A DNA stretch of 64,000 nt. It comes from Camelus ferus (taxonomy: Eukaryota). The stretch lies in contig NC_045697.1 in assembly GCF_009834535.1 (NCBI RefSeq), forward strand, positions 42,658,001 through 42,722,000, given 5' to 3'. Below are positions 38,746-51,970 of this stretch, one piece after another (position 1 is the first letter of the stretch; each line of letters starts with the position of its first letter). Under the pieces are notes generated by a model. It saw nothing but the letters and a program-made list of their open reading frames with translations. It made no database searches and was not told the origin of the DNA. Made by a program: the position numbers and the translations under genes.

Positions 38746-39877
38746 TCTAAAGTACGTCAGTGTTTTTCCTATAACATTCTACGTTTCAAATGTGCTGATA
38801 AAAATTAACTTTAATTTGCATATTTTAGAAAATGTATTTTCTATTGCTGTCATTTTTAAACTTTTAACCTCATGAGTAGTTTTTGCTCTAATTGCTTTAA
38901 GTTTGAATAGTGCAGGAAGTGTATTAGGCTGACATTTATTTAACATTTGTTTGACTTTGATTTAGTTGCTGATTTCTTTTCCTTGACTCATGTTGAACTG
39001 AGTATAAGCAAGAAAGAATTTTTACTAAGAACCAGATCCTGCCTGTCAGGAAGAAAACAATACTTACATTGAGAGATTTAGCAACTCCTTCCTTCTTTGA
39101 GGAAAATACAAGTTCTGCCAAGTTTGGCTTTTTACAGTGGCACAGCAGTCTGCCAGGCAGGCAGGGTCCAGTGGGGAGTGAGTAGGGAGGCATTCCCCAG
39201 GTCCAGTTCCAGGGGGTGTTCTGGAAAAAGAGCAAAGGGAGCTGTGTGGAAGAGAAGACAGCCAGCGATTCCTCACATGATCATGTACGTTATCTCACTA
39301 ATTCTCACGACAAGTCAGTGAACTGTATTTGAAATTTACATGAAGACACAGAGGCCCAGAGACATTAAGAAATTTGACCAGATCTGTAGTTGAGCGGCAG
39401 ACCTGGGAATCACTCAGGATTACCAGGCTTCACAGACCGTTTTCACTCTGTGTCATCTTGCCTCTCCAAGGGCATGATCCTAATGCCTCAGTTCGCTTTG
39501 CACAAAGCTTCCTGTGTCGGTCTCCTTCCTGACGTGCTGATTGACTGTAGAAACTAGAACATGTGTGCCCGGCACAGACTGAGTCCTCAGTGAATATGTG
39601 GAGAAATGGATCGGGTAGATGGATCTGAGTAAATGGCTGTTTCCTTTTGCTGACGTCAGCTGCAAATCAGACTGCAATATTAGCTATTCGTTTTAATATG
39701 CTCAAACTCAGGTGAACGTGAGTAGCTCAGGGGATGCCATCACAGAGTGACGTCTTGGTAAAATCTTGTTTGCCTATAAATCCATGTCTAAAAACATTTT
39801 GCTTCATTTATATCAAAAAAGAAATTACCTGGTTTTTTAAAAACCATATTAAAGAGTGTTTATGGGTTTCTTTACAG

Positions 39878-40026
39878 ATCCAACACATGTACCGCTGTGC
39901 TCGAGTCCAGGGCCTAGATACTAGTGAGGGGCTGCTGCTTTTTGGTAAAGAGCATTTTTATGTGATTGATGGATTTACAATGACGGCAACCAGGGAAATA
40001 AGAGATATTGAAACCTTACCTCCAAA
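39878..40026 (+). CDS. WDFY3: WDFY3 exon 19 (PH): IQHMYRCARVQGLD...IETLPP
   Basis: cag|ATCCAA, AAA|gtaagt, 149 nt. Confidence 0.96.
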
Positions 40027-41139
40027 GTAAGTAAACGAGTGAAGAGAGACAAAGTACAACTATCTTTAGAAAACAATATACTTACATAGGTTTTTTAATG
40101 CAAAAGTTGTGTTTTAAGTAATGTTATCTCTCAGTTTATGTGTATCCATCATTAAATATTCACAAGAGTAATTGTTATTTCAAGCTTATAAGGGACATAT
40201 TTGCCTTATCTATCAAAATGAAAACTAAACATAATTTATTGCTATGCATTAATAGTGTTATACACCATCTTCCTTGTATTATAATCTATATATTTATAAA
40301 ATTATTGTAAATTTGCAAATTGTTCTTTTTTTTTTTTAAATTTCAATACAAACACATTGTAGAGAAAATTCAGGCAGCTGTACAATACTCTTAACAAATG
40401 TAAGTGTGGCCATGTCCTCTGAGTACCCTGGAAGCAGAGACAAGAATGATCTGACTGAGTTTATCCATCTTTCTTTTCTCCTGAAGTTCTGTGGTGGATG
40501 TGTTAGTGGGTAATGGAAACCAGAGACAGACCAAGCTAGAAGAAAGCTAAAAAGCCTAAAGCTTAGAAAATCAGCATGCTCTTCTATGCCTTTAACATTT
40601 TGAACACCTAACATGTACTTGGAGTGTGGACATGGTCTCTGTAGTTCACTCCTAGGAGATATTCAAACAATTACTTTCTGCAGCAATCACAGCCACTTTA
40701 TGACTTTTATGCCCCTTGTTCTCCATTTTAAAATATTTAAAATTCTATTTTATGGCTGTGTTGATTTAAAGATGAATATATTTGTATTATATATTAAAAC
40801 ATTTTCTTCTACCTCAAAGTTCAGTTGTTTCTTCTGATTTGAAAAGAAATGAAAGCATTTTCTTGGACCCCTTACAGTGCACAGGCCTGGGTACTGTGCC
40901 GGCCATACCAGATAGATAGGGCGAGTAGGATTCTTTTTTTACGTTCTGTTCATCAGAGGGGGTTTCTTGTATGCTGAGTAGCTAACAAATTATTCTCTTA
41001 AAGTTTTTTTTTTAACTAAATACTCTAATATATTGTTCCCTGCTCCTCTTCACATGTTGAAAATAACACAGCCCTTTTTGGACAGTGAGTTTATCTATTG
41101 CTGTGTTTTTGTTATCTCCTTTCTCTCGGCTGCCTGTAG

Positions 41140-41260
41140 TATGCATGAGCCAATTATCCCTAGAGGAGCCAGGCAAGGCCCCAGTCAGCTCAAAAGGACA
41201 TGCAGCATTTTTGCATATGAAGATATCAAGGAAGTGCATAAAAGGCGGTATCTCCTGCAG
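41140..41260 (+). CDS. WDFY3: WDFY3 exon 20 (PH): MHEPIIPRG...KRRYLLQ
   Basis: tag|TATGCA, CAG|gtgcgt, 121 nt; RRYLLQ motif of BEACH-type PH domains. Confidence 0.96.
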
Positions 41261-41784
41261 GTGCGTTGGTTTTAGTAGTAACAAATGTTTTGTCATGTTC
41301 CTTTATTCAGAGGATGTATTATTTTTAAATCGATACTTGCCAGGATCCACATAATTCCTCAGAGTATTCCTTATATTTGGTTATATGATAGACAAACTCA
41401 TGTCACATGGGTATATAACTGTGTAATAGCTCTTTTTTTTTAAACCCAACTTTAAAACCTTGAGTGATACCTTTGTTATCTATCTTTCCCTATAGCTATC
41501 AAATTTATAATTTTCTTGTAATATAAAATTACATTCTCACTGTAAATTTATAAAATTATAATTTTATAATTACTCTGTTTTACCATTATTCTGTTAAACA
41601 ATTTGGAAGCAAATGGGCTCTGTTTATTTTGTAATTTAATCTGCTGGGAAGTTATAACTCTAAAAAAAAATGTTCTTCAGTCAACAAGTTGGTTTCTTCA
41701 GCATCGTGGAAATTCATACTGGAAAAGTTAATGTGTAACCTTATGTGTGTTTTTTCTTAACGTTTTTCTCTCTGATCATTTCAG

Positions 41785-41870
41785 CCTATTGCTGTGGAAG
41801 TCTTCTCTGGAGATGGACGGAATTACCTCCTTGCTTTTCAGAAAGGAATTAGAAACAAAGTCTATCAAAG
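41785..41870 (+). CDS. WDFY3: WDFY3 exon 21 (PH): PIAVEVFSGDGRNYLLAFQKGIRNKVYQ
   Basis: cag|CCTATT, AAG|gtatta, 86 nt. Confidence 0.95.
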
Positions 41871-43342
41871 GTATTATTTATTAGAAATACTTACAATGCT
41901 ATCATGGAAAGAAATGGGAGGTAAAGTATTATCAGTTCAGCCAGTTTTTAAAAATCTATTAAATGTGTGAATTAACTTCTTCAAAGAAAATGTTTGTTTC
42001 ATTTTTGCCAGCCCCTTGAAACATAAGACTTCTATTTATGCTTTTCTATTTTGAAATACCATTTTTCCTTCTGGTAACTTAAGAGTAGATAACATCAAAA
42101 GCCACTTTCATCGTTAAGCCCCATGTCGCTAAGTGTAAAAGGATGATGAAACTGTAGCTTAAAAAATAACACTTCAGGTTCAGAATAGGCTTCTTCCATA
42201 TTTTCCAAAAGAAGACAGTGCCATACCTTGCTATTGAGTGCAGAGCCTGAGTTTCCTTAGAACTTGTATTCATCAAGACTCCTCTGACCCTCATCCTTGA
42301 AAAAAGTAGCATCGCCAAGTAAAACAGCTGATGTAATGTAATCACATTTCATTTGTGGTAAACTGCGTTTAAATTTTACCTTGTAAAAGAAAAATAGTAT
42401 ATGCGCACCCAGGGTGCTTGAAAACGTTGGATGTGTGAAAATGAACTAATCATAACATGATAGGAAAGCCCACTTATTCTTGAGTGGTGTGGACCCTGGC
42501 ACTCCCTCTAGTAGGGAAGTTTTATACTTCACTTACTTCCGTGAGGAATGACTAATATCAAGCAACATTGCTTATCTCTGCAATACTACCTGTGAGCAGG
42601 AGAATGAGGGCGGTTCTTCAAATTAAGTGCCTGTGGATGCTGGTTGGGAAGAGCTAAGGAAATGACTGAAACTTTAGTTATCTTGTGTATTTCTAAAGGT
42701 GAGATCATGTTCACTGTTAATGAAGTATCTGCTCTTCCTAAGTAGAAGTGATTACAAGGAGATGAGTTTGTTTTTCTCTGAGAATTTTCTGCGTATATGC
42801 CAAGTTCAAGGTCCATACTCATTTCAAGAATTTTCCCACAATTCTTTTTTGCCTTTAAGAAATTTGTGTTGACCTTGTGAGCAGCTCTGAAAATAACAAC
42901 AGTGTCACTTAAAGGTTCTTATCATGTATGTATTTTCCTTTGTTAGTGATGTCTCAGTTCTATCGTTTGTTTCGCTGTTAGCACTACTTGCTGTCATGTG
43001 AATATTTAGCTGTTAATGACTCTTTAAGACATCGTTAAGTTGACTCATTTCCCGTGAATCAGTGTGGCAAGACTTTTTCTTCCGGTGCTGGGGCAGTGTA
43101 TGTAAAAATCCACAATGACAGCCTTTCCTGTGTACCTTTCTGTTTGGGTTTGGAAGCCATCATCTTACCCTTTTTTTGGTAACAGGATGTTCTAATTATT
43201 GTGTATTCCCTTTGCCTGCCGTTTACTGAGTAGTGGAGGGGTAAATGCAGCAATTAAGGTCTAAATGAATCCTTTCTTAAACTCCCATAAGATCCTGGCT
43301 GAAACGTCATTTCCAATTTTATCCTATTTTTAACTTTTCCAG

Positions 43343-43423
43343 ATTTTTGGCTGTAGTGCCATCTCTAACTGACAGTTCAGAGTCAGTGTCTGGGCAACGA
43401 CCAAACACAAGCGTGGAGCAGGG
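43343..43423 (+). CDS. WDFY3: WDFY3 exon 22: FLAVVPSLTDSSESVSGQRPNTSVEQ
   Basis: cag|ATTTTT, GGG|gtaagt, 81 nt. Confidence 0.95.
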
Positions 43424-43599
43424 GTAAGTTGTTTGCTTCTTGCACATTACAGTTTAATAGTGAAATTAGGATCCTTTATATCTGGACAGTATTATTTAAC
43501 ATATTTAATGAGTGTTCCCCTCGCATCACCACAAACCCTGGTGGTTTGCAGAAAAATTTTTAAATACCGAAAACTAAAAAGGAAAAAGAAAATGTGTGC

Positions 43600-44560
43600 A
43601 TGATCATTCATGTCAAATCAGTGCTCACATTTCAATCAATTCCCTTCTGATCTTTTAAGCATGCATATATTCCTGTGTGCACAATTGAGTCCATACTGTA
43701 AATACAGATTTTTATTCTGCTTCTGTTCAGTGTTACATGTAAATATTGCTCCTGCCTTTAAAAATTCTTTAGAAACTGTGCTTTCATAGATATATGAAGC
43801 ACTCTCTTTTTGGATAGTTCATCTTTATCAGGTTTCTTTTTTATAATAATGTGAATGTAATACTTCATTACTTTTTTTAGGATAAAGTCCCCTTAGTAAA
43901 GTGGTATGAATTTTAAGGCTCTTAATACACAAAGCCAACTAGATTTCTTTAAAAATTATACACGTCTGTATTCCACCATTAGTGGATAAGTTTGCTTATC
44001 TCAGTAGATGCTTATCAGCTTTTTATATTTACTTTTTAATTTTTACTGATTTTAGAAAACACTTTGTTTTTAAATGTGCATTATTTTCATATTAATAATT
44101 TTGAGCCCTGTACTTATTTGTTAGCCATTTAAAATTATCATTTACAAATTATGTATAACTTTTGCCCATTTCTTTCCACTGAGTTCTTTATTGTTGGTTG
44201 TGTTGGGAATTTGATTCTTTTTTTTTGAGATAAAATTGACATTATATTAGTTTCAGGTGTACAATATAATGAGTCAGTATTTGTATATATTGTGAAATAA
44301 GGACCTCACTGAGTCTAGTTATCATCTTCTCTGACTTCCTGTCATCAGTGTGTGTGGGATTTTTCTATAATAGCGTATTACTCCTTTGCTTGTCGTATTT
44401 GTTGCAAATTTCCAAGTTTTTCTCTTAAATCTTTTTTTTGACATTTAAATTTAAACTTCTGTTTTTGTGTGTTCTATCAGTCGTTCCTTTGTGCTCTTTT
44501 CAGCTGCTTTTACTCTTAGGAAATCCTTTTGGGTGATATAGCCATTTCAAGAATCCATAT
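43600..44560 (-). mobile_element. Old L1 fragments with a short younger L1 3' end at about 44215-44330
   Basis: TTTGCCCATTT, GTTGCAAAT and TTAGTTTCAGGTGTACAATATAAT antisense L1 motifs; boundaries approximate. Confidence 0.5.
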
Positions 44561-45591
44561 ACCCAGCTTCATTCACAGTCAGTCAGAACTGGTAGCCCTT
44601 TATAATCCACTGGGAAAGAAGCAGAGCTTTGGGGCTACAGATTAATTGTTACAGCATGCAAGAAAATGACCTGAAAACTTCACTGGGGAGCCTGTGATTT
44701 GTCAATAAAATTTGATTCCAGCCTGTATGCCTCTAAATATATTTGTGTATTTCTGTTTTAGTTGTTGCTTGTATTTTTCTTTAGCTGAGGTTTAACAAAT
44801 ACAAATGCTGCATATATGCTTTCGTTAACCTCAGACATGTGTTCTGTTCCTAATCACTTGTGCTGCTGTTAAGATAAATACAGGAAGTGAAAGTCTCCCT
44901 TAAAGCATATTGAGCCTTTTTCTACTTGTAAGCAAGTTGCTGGTCCTTTGCCTGCCTGAATAATCTTCAGCTTGCTGTTTCATTGTTCTTACTACTTTCT
45001 GTGCTGAACTGGCAGTTCTTAAAGAACTTCTCAAAGCTCAAAGGCAAGGAGCAGAAATTCATTTCCAACTTAAATCTTCTTTTCAATTGTTCCCTTTCTT
45101 ATAAAGTTAAGAAATGATCATAGCTCTTTTTTCAGGGAGGGTATCCTATACATTCAATTTGCCTGAAGGGAAGAATTTATCTAGAAGTGAAAAGTGGTAT
45201 CTATACTATTGAGCTAGACATGTTTATGAACTAAGGTTTACAGATCTCTTAATTTCCTTTCAGACAATAAAATATATAATTAAGTGCTTTCCTTGCTGGT
45301 TCAGTGGTCAATTCATAATATTCAAATTACTAATTATCAGTATTATAAAGCTGTTAAACCCCAAGGGTTTTATAGCATTCTAGGAAAGTCTGCTATAGGA
45401 AAAAGTCCATAATTTTCTGAACAGCAATAACTTTCCTGTCATAAAATATTCCTATTTTGAATCGCTTTTTCAACATCTCGTTTAGGAGATGTACTATGCA
45501 CCTGCTATGTACAAAATATTGAATGCTGTATCAGTTATTCCAATTCAATGTCTTTACATCAGTTTATATAGGGATTGTTGTAAAAGGTAGG

Positions 45592-45870
45592 CAGTTGAAC
45601 TGCATCAATGTTTTTTGGACTCATTTGCCATGACCCACAGTAAGAAAAAATATACACTACACTGCATCCCAAGACACACAAACTTAGTTATAAATAGTAA
45701 AATAAAATTCACAGAAAATTCTTTTTCTTAGTATATGTAATGCCTTCTGATGTTCTCTATTTTCTTCTATTCGATTCTGTTATTTCATATTTCAAAATGC
45801 TGATCACAACCCACTAAACTGATTTCATGACCCACTAATAGATTGTACTTCATAGTTTGAAAAATTCTTG
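45592..45870. mobile_element. hAT-Charlie-type DNA transposon fossil
   Basis: CAACCCACTAAACTGATTTCATGACCCACTAAT...AGTTTGAAAAA terminus typical of Charlie-derived MERs. Confidence 0.5.
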
Positions 45871-45956
45871 GACCAGTTGACTTAAAATTTGTAACTTTGT
45901 AATTACTCAGATTTAAAATTATATTGCTTGCAATTTATGTAATTTATCATTTGTAG

Positions 45957-46011
45957 ATCTGGGTTGCTTAGCACTCTGGTTGGAGAGAAGTCTGTGACTC
46001 AGAGATGGGAG
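45957..46011 (+). CDS. WDFY3: WDFY3 exon 23 (BEACH start): SGLLSTLVGEKSVTQRWE
   Basis: tag|ATCTGG, GAG|gtaagc, 55 nt. Confidence 0.95.
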
Positions 46012-46250
46012 GTAAGCTTAATGAAAATGCAAAACTTCCTTCGTAATTTGTAGTTAGAAGGTATAAGTCACACAGTTAAAAGCACTTTAATAAATTACAA
46101 ATATATACCATAGAAAAAATGTTTCACTTTTGTTCTTTTTAGGGAAAAAAATGTTTTGTTGTTTTGAAATCTGTAAGAAACTGTCCTTTACCTCATTTTG
46201 CCTATAAATTTTTGAAAAGTGAACATAGTCGAAATAATTGATTGCTTTAA

Positions 46251-46445
<195 letters not shown>

Positions 46446-48083
46446 TAAAAGATACTGCACTAGCTCAGATATTTGATTTGCTTTATAGTTTAGAGTTCTC
46501 AACAGGACTTACTCCAAGAAGATGAGAAGAGTTTTGGGTTAGACTTGTACAAAGTTTGGATACTTGACCAGCTTCTTGGATATTCATGATATCCATCTGA
46601 TTTCCTCAAGTGCTGATAAATTTGTATCCACTGGAGGATGTCACCGTCCTCTGCACTGCAGCCAGCTTCAGAAACAAATCTAAGTCATCCTTCTGTTTAA
46701 AATTATTCCATGAATCATCATCACAGTTTGGAGAAAATTTTAAAACCTCAGTGTAACACCCTATACAAAGTAGCTCCTGCATATGTAGCCCTCCTGTACT
46801 CCCAGGACTGCTGTTCTGGGCTACCCTGTTCTCTCTCTCTCTCCCCCTCTCTTTCTCTGTCTCTCTCTCATCAGCTCTGCACTTGCTGCCCTCCCTGCCT
46901 GGACTTCTCCCCAGGCCTGTGCTCATCTTCTCCCCAACTGGCGTGTCCCTCTGGGTAGCTTTATTTCATCCTGCAGGACACACTCAGTTTCACTTCCAGG
47001 GAGCCTTCTGGCCCTTCTCTCCTCTTCCTTCTCCCTCTGTTCCTGTGCCTCCTGGTAGCTGTATCATGCTGCTTTCTTTTACAGCATGCCGTAGTCATGA
47101 TTTTGTCTGACCTTACTCAGCCGTGAGGTCCTAGAACACAAAGACTGTCTTACATAGCTCTTAAGTCCCACCCTCTAGAGCACTGCCCAGTACTTAGGAT
47201 ACACTTTAATCTTTATTGAAATAACTGAAAAAAGTATAAATGAGTTGTTTTGCATGCAGATTTTCAGAGGAAAAATACTAACTTGACTTATATTGATAAA
47301 TGTGGATCAGTTTCTCCTCTCCAAGACTTTAAAAATACGAGTTGGCAAAATTGGTGGGTTGTGATGCCCTAGGAAAAGGACACAAATTAGGTATCCCATG
47401 GGTACATACTTCAAATTTCTCCTTTTAAAACCCTCAGGAGGTAAATTTTGGTTTACTTTTAAATATATGAATTAGGTCAACTAGAGATGAGCTTTTAAAA
47501 TAATCTCTGGTAGACTGAAAGAATCCATTTCATTTGGAAGTCACTTGATCTGGTATGATTGGAGGCAAATGAATTTCTCTGCAAATTACAAGTGCTCTAG
47601 TTTATTTTACTTCCTGTTCACCTCTAAGAAGAAGATGCTCAGAGGTGAAGTTGAAGTGAAACAGGGGAAGAGGGGGACAGGGCAGAAAGATTTGATCTCC
47701 AATTATGTGGGTGATGGAGGATAAAGATGAATTGGAGCTTTCATGCCCAGTCTCCTGCTGTGCCCTTGCCGAAACTGGGAAGGGCTTTCCCTCTTACTCC
47801 TCGTTTTCAAACCTAGATCCTGAGGGCCTTCCTCTGTGAATACTTAATTTCCAAAACAGTTGTCTTCAAACTGAACCAGTTAACAAACTGCCATGTGCCT
47901 GTCTGCACAGTATAGATAACCAGTAGGTGCGTGGCATTGCCTTGGAGTCCAGTTCTGCTGGTGCAACACTGTAGGTACTAGCACACTTATTAACCGTCAC
48001 TGTCTGCTATCGCCATTGTGTCTACGTTGGTGAGAATAGTGGGTGCATAGTAATTCGGAGTTGGGTTTCTCTTTGCATTTTAG

Positions 48084-48201
48084 GAGGTAGATCTTACTAA
48101 TCCCAAGACATTTAGAAACCTGGCTAAGCCGATGGGAGCACAGACAGATGAACGATTAGCTCAGTATAAGAAGCGATACAAAGACTGGGAAGATCCTAAT
48201 G
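48084..48201 (+). CDS. WDFY3: WDFY3 exon 25 (BEACH): EVDLTNPKTFRNLAKPMGAQ...WEDPN
   Basis: tag|GAGGTA, ATG|gtgagt, 118 nt. Confidence 0.96.
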
Positions 48202-49115
48202 GTGAGTAATTTTCTTGTCATGGGATTTTGTACACGTTTCTAAAGTAAGCTATTATCAGTGGTCTGACGCCCTTGTGTCTTTGCCTGAATTGCTTATCTA
48301 TCATCGGTATATGTTACATATGCACGCATATACACAACTGTCAGAGTAGAAAAATCAGGTTTTGCTTGCCAACTGATGGCCATGCTTAGAAGGCATTTTT
48401 AAGGTATCTTGTCAGGTATTGACAGAAAACTATGTGTGTGTGCTCGGTGTAGGGCAGAAATTTCCCATCATTGTATCTCTAATCGTTTTTAAGCTGGGAA
48501 CCACACTTCCCTTTACTGACTCTCAGTTTTATTGAGACACTTTTTATAACCCTTTTGCATTAAAAAATAATAATTGACTACCTTCTAAAATACTAGTTTC
48601 CTACTTAGGATTTATTGTGTTTAATGTTTATCATGTGTCCCCTTCAAACAGGCAAAACAAACAAAGGAGAAAAAAACTAAGTGTGTGGAATCTTTATTTT
48701 TCCTTGCCAAGAAAAGTATGTCAAAAATTGCATGACATTAATAGATTTAGAGAAATATTTAGCAATGCAAAACCAGAACCTAATGACAAGTTGCTATATG
48801 TAAATATCCTGCCTTAGTCGAAGATTGTTTGCTACTAAGGGTTATCTATTCCAGTAGGCCTCAAAACATAAATTGCTAGATGTGCTCAGTTTGAGAGAAA
48901 GGCACAGAATTACACTAAATTGGATAACCGCCAAATATATGTGTGGGGTTGCAGTGTCAGGATAAAATTTTTATGCTGCAAATGCTGACACTAACTTGCA
49001 CTTGGTGTCACAGTTGTCACATACAGTAGTAGCGTTTTCAAGTCTGTTAATGAATACCAATTTTATTTTTCATGTTTACCCTTTCATTTTCAATTATACT
49101 TTATTTTTTGTCCAG

Positions 49116-49222
49116 GAGAAACTCCAGCCTACCACTATGGGACCCACTATTCATCTGCAATGATTGTGGCTTCATACCTAGTAAGGATGGAGCCCTTCAC
49201 GCAGATATTCCTAAGGCTACAG
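49116..49222 (+). CDS. WDFY3: WDFY3 exon 26 (BEACH): [36 protein letters not shown]
   Basis: cag|GAGAAA, CAG|gtaaaa, 107 nt. Confidence 0.96.
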
Positions 49223-49559
49223 GTAAAAGTTTAGAGGTTCTGCATTTTATTCAAGCCTTCTATTAAAACTGTTGCTTTTATTTTAAATGTTGTTATCTTG
49301 CCTGATAAGAAGCCTCATGAAGTTCTAGTCATAAAAGTAGTCACACATAGTTAAACTGGAATTTCACTCGTCCAAAATTAATAAATAAACTAGAATTTGT
49401 TTACATAAACAAGTGCCAGGGTCTTTTCAATCAAATAAGTAGACAGTACGTGTTTTCAGGCCAGGAGGTAGATGGAATTCAGCTGTAACTGGTTGAATTC
49501 AACAAACACTTTAAAAAGATAAATACAGTCCAGCTCAGTTGCTGTCTTTATTGCTTTTC

Positions 49560-50460
49560 TCCACTTTCTCTTTCATTTATTCAGCAGATATTTATTGAGT
49601 ACCTACTGAGTGCCATGTACCGTTCTAGGTGCTTGAAGGACATCAGTGAATAAAGACAAAAGCCCTGCTTTGTGGAATTTACATATTTTAGTTGAGAGAG
49701 ACAAACATTCTAAGTATATTGCAAAGTATTTTAGAATGTGACAAACACAGATAAGGGGAAGAGGATGGGATGTATGGGGATGGGGGGGTGGAGGAGGACA
49801 TTATGCAGTTTTTTGTTTTGGGGGGTTTTTTTCTGTATGTATATTTTTATTGAAGTATAGTCAGTTTACAGTGTGTCCATTTCTGGTGTACAACATAGTA
49901 TTTCAGTCATATATGAACATACATATATTCATTTTCATATTCTTTTTCAAGATATTGAATACATGAGATACTGAATATAGTTCCCTGTGCTGTATATTAT
50001 AAACTTATGAACTTGTTAATTTTTGGTGGGGGGAGGTAATTAGATTTGTTTGTTTCTTTATTTGTTTGTGTGTTTAAATTGGGGGGTGGTAATTAGGTTT
50101 ACTTATTTTTAGAGGAGGCACTGGGATTTGAACCCAGGACCTCGTGCATGCTAAGCATGTGCTCTAGCACTTGAGCTGTACCCTCCCCCCAATGCAGTTT
50201 TAGATAGAGTAGTCAGAGTAGGTCTCCTTGAAAGGTAACATGTGAACAGAAACTTGAAGGAGGTGAGGGAGTTACTCCTACGGACATCTGGAAAAAGTGT
50301 GTTCCAGACAGAGAGAACAGCCCAGTGGGGGCCCTCAGTCAGGTATGTGCCGGAGATGTTTGGGAAACAGCGAGGAAGCCAGTATGTCTGGAGCAGAGTA
50401 ACCGCAGGGGAAAGTGAGAGGGGATGAGGTCAAGAGAGGTAACGGGTCAAATTGTGGCAG
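49560..50460. mobile_element. L2 fragment interrupted by the SINE-L1 composite
   Basis: CATTTATTCAGCAGATATTTATTGAGTACCTACT L2 end; L2-like sequence resumes after 50201. Confidence 0.65.
49813..50191 (-). mobile_element. Composite SINE plus L1 3'-UTR insertion between TSDs
   Basis: ATGCAGTTTT at 49803-49812 and 50192-50201; SINE head about 50113-50190, duplicated SINE tail, then an L1-like 3' end with AATAAA on the - strand. Confidence 0.8.
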
Positions 50461-51073
50461 GCCTTGGTGGACGTCAGCACTTTTCACACAGTGAACTTTA
50501 TCCTGAAGACAGATACGCTGTGTTCACTAAGACACAGCACAGGGAGTTTGAGGAAGAGGGGAGGATGTATCTGTGAGGCTCTATAAACAAAAGAAAGCCC
50601 TTTTCTATTTGAATTCGTTTTGTCAGTCTGTGATTTTCTTGATCATCTTCCTGGTTCTCTACTTAATTCTCATTGGTGTGAGAACTTGAATAACATGTTA
50701 ACTTATAAAATTAGTCAAGCACATGTATAACCGGAGTATTTCCAGCTGTAGATGGCTACTGGAGAAACTTTTTTTAGAAGAGCATCATCAAACAATGAAA
50801 GAATTCCTGTTTCCTTATAGTCCTGCTCTTTCTCCAAAAACTAATCTTTTTTTTTTTTAATGACTTTTTTAAGTCTGTATTTGGATTTCACCTGGATACA
50901 AAGCAAGGGCACCTTTGTAAGCAGTGCCCCCCAAAATAATTTCTTTTTGTGATTATTTAAAATTTTGTGTATTTGACATAGGTTGATGGGAAATTGAATT
51001 GTCACCAAACATACTTAGTTGGGGTTTTCAAGACCTTGAGCTTGGATGCCCCGAGGTGGGAGCAGTTCTCTAA

Positions 51074-51262
<189 letters not shown>

Positions 51263-51344
51263 TAGTGCTACGGCACTCTTAGGAGTGTTAGCCAGGGAAA
51301 CACCAAGTCACTTTCTGATGATTGTCTGCAGTACACACTCAGGT

Positions 51345-51970
51345 TGTTACTAAACTTGGATCCGTGGCAAAGCCAATCTCCTGACACTGGGTTGTGGTGA
51401 AGGAAACTACATTGTGTGTTTATTGCAGGGCCAAGCAAGGAAAACGGGCAGCTCATACTCAAAAGACTCCAACTCCCCAGTAATGGCTTTCAAGGAAGGG
51501 AGTCATTGTGAGGGATAGGGTCACGGGGAGTGTCATAGGCTTGTGCACAACTCTGAGATTGGTTGGTGGTGAGGTAATAGGAACCTCAGTCATCAGTCTT
51601 CTGGTTCCAGCTGGTCTGGGGTCTACATACTGGTGGTTGTCATGTAAGTTAACTTCTTCCACCTGGTGGGGGTTTTAGTATCTGCAGAACAACTCAAGGG
51701 TATGGCTTAGGGTATTATCTATAGCCCTTGAGGAGGAACTAAAGGTCCTTGACTTTGTTTTATGGTTAAACTATTATTATTTTGCCTTGCTTAACTGTTT
51801 TCCTTTGTTTCTGCATTTTCTCAGTTCTCTGATTAAATTTGCTCTTTAGAACTCAGGGAAGTCCTCAGAGGCTAAAGTGTTTTTGCAAACAAGAGGCAGG
51901 GGACATAGGATGGGGTTGGGGGACTGGGACTTGTCCTTGGGAAGACCCTGCAGGTTCCTGCTCAGTTTCT
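51345..51970 (-). mobile_element. ERV1-class solo LTR (MER41-like, cetartiodactyl type)
   Basis: About 625 bp, TGTTAC...CTCAGTTTC; internal GGAGGAACTAAAGGTCCTTGACTTTG and CAGCTCATACTCAAAAGACTCCAACTCCCC resemble artiodactyl MER41-type LTRs (from memory). Confidence 0.65.

Noticed and set aside
48081..48086. NAGNAG acceptors (TAGGAG here and at 26051; CAGGAG at 49113)
   Set aside because: Distal GAG acceptors are rarely used, and there is no further evidence.
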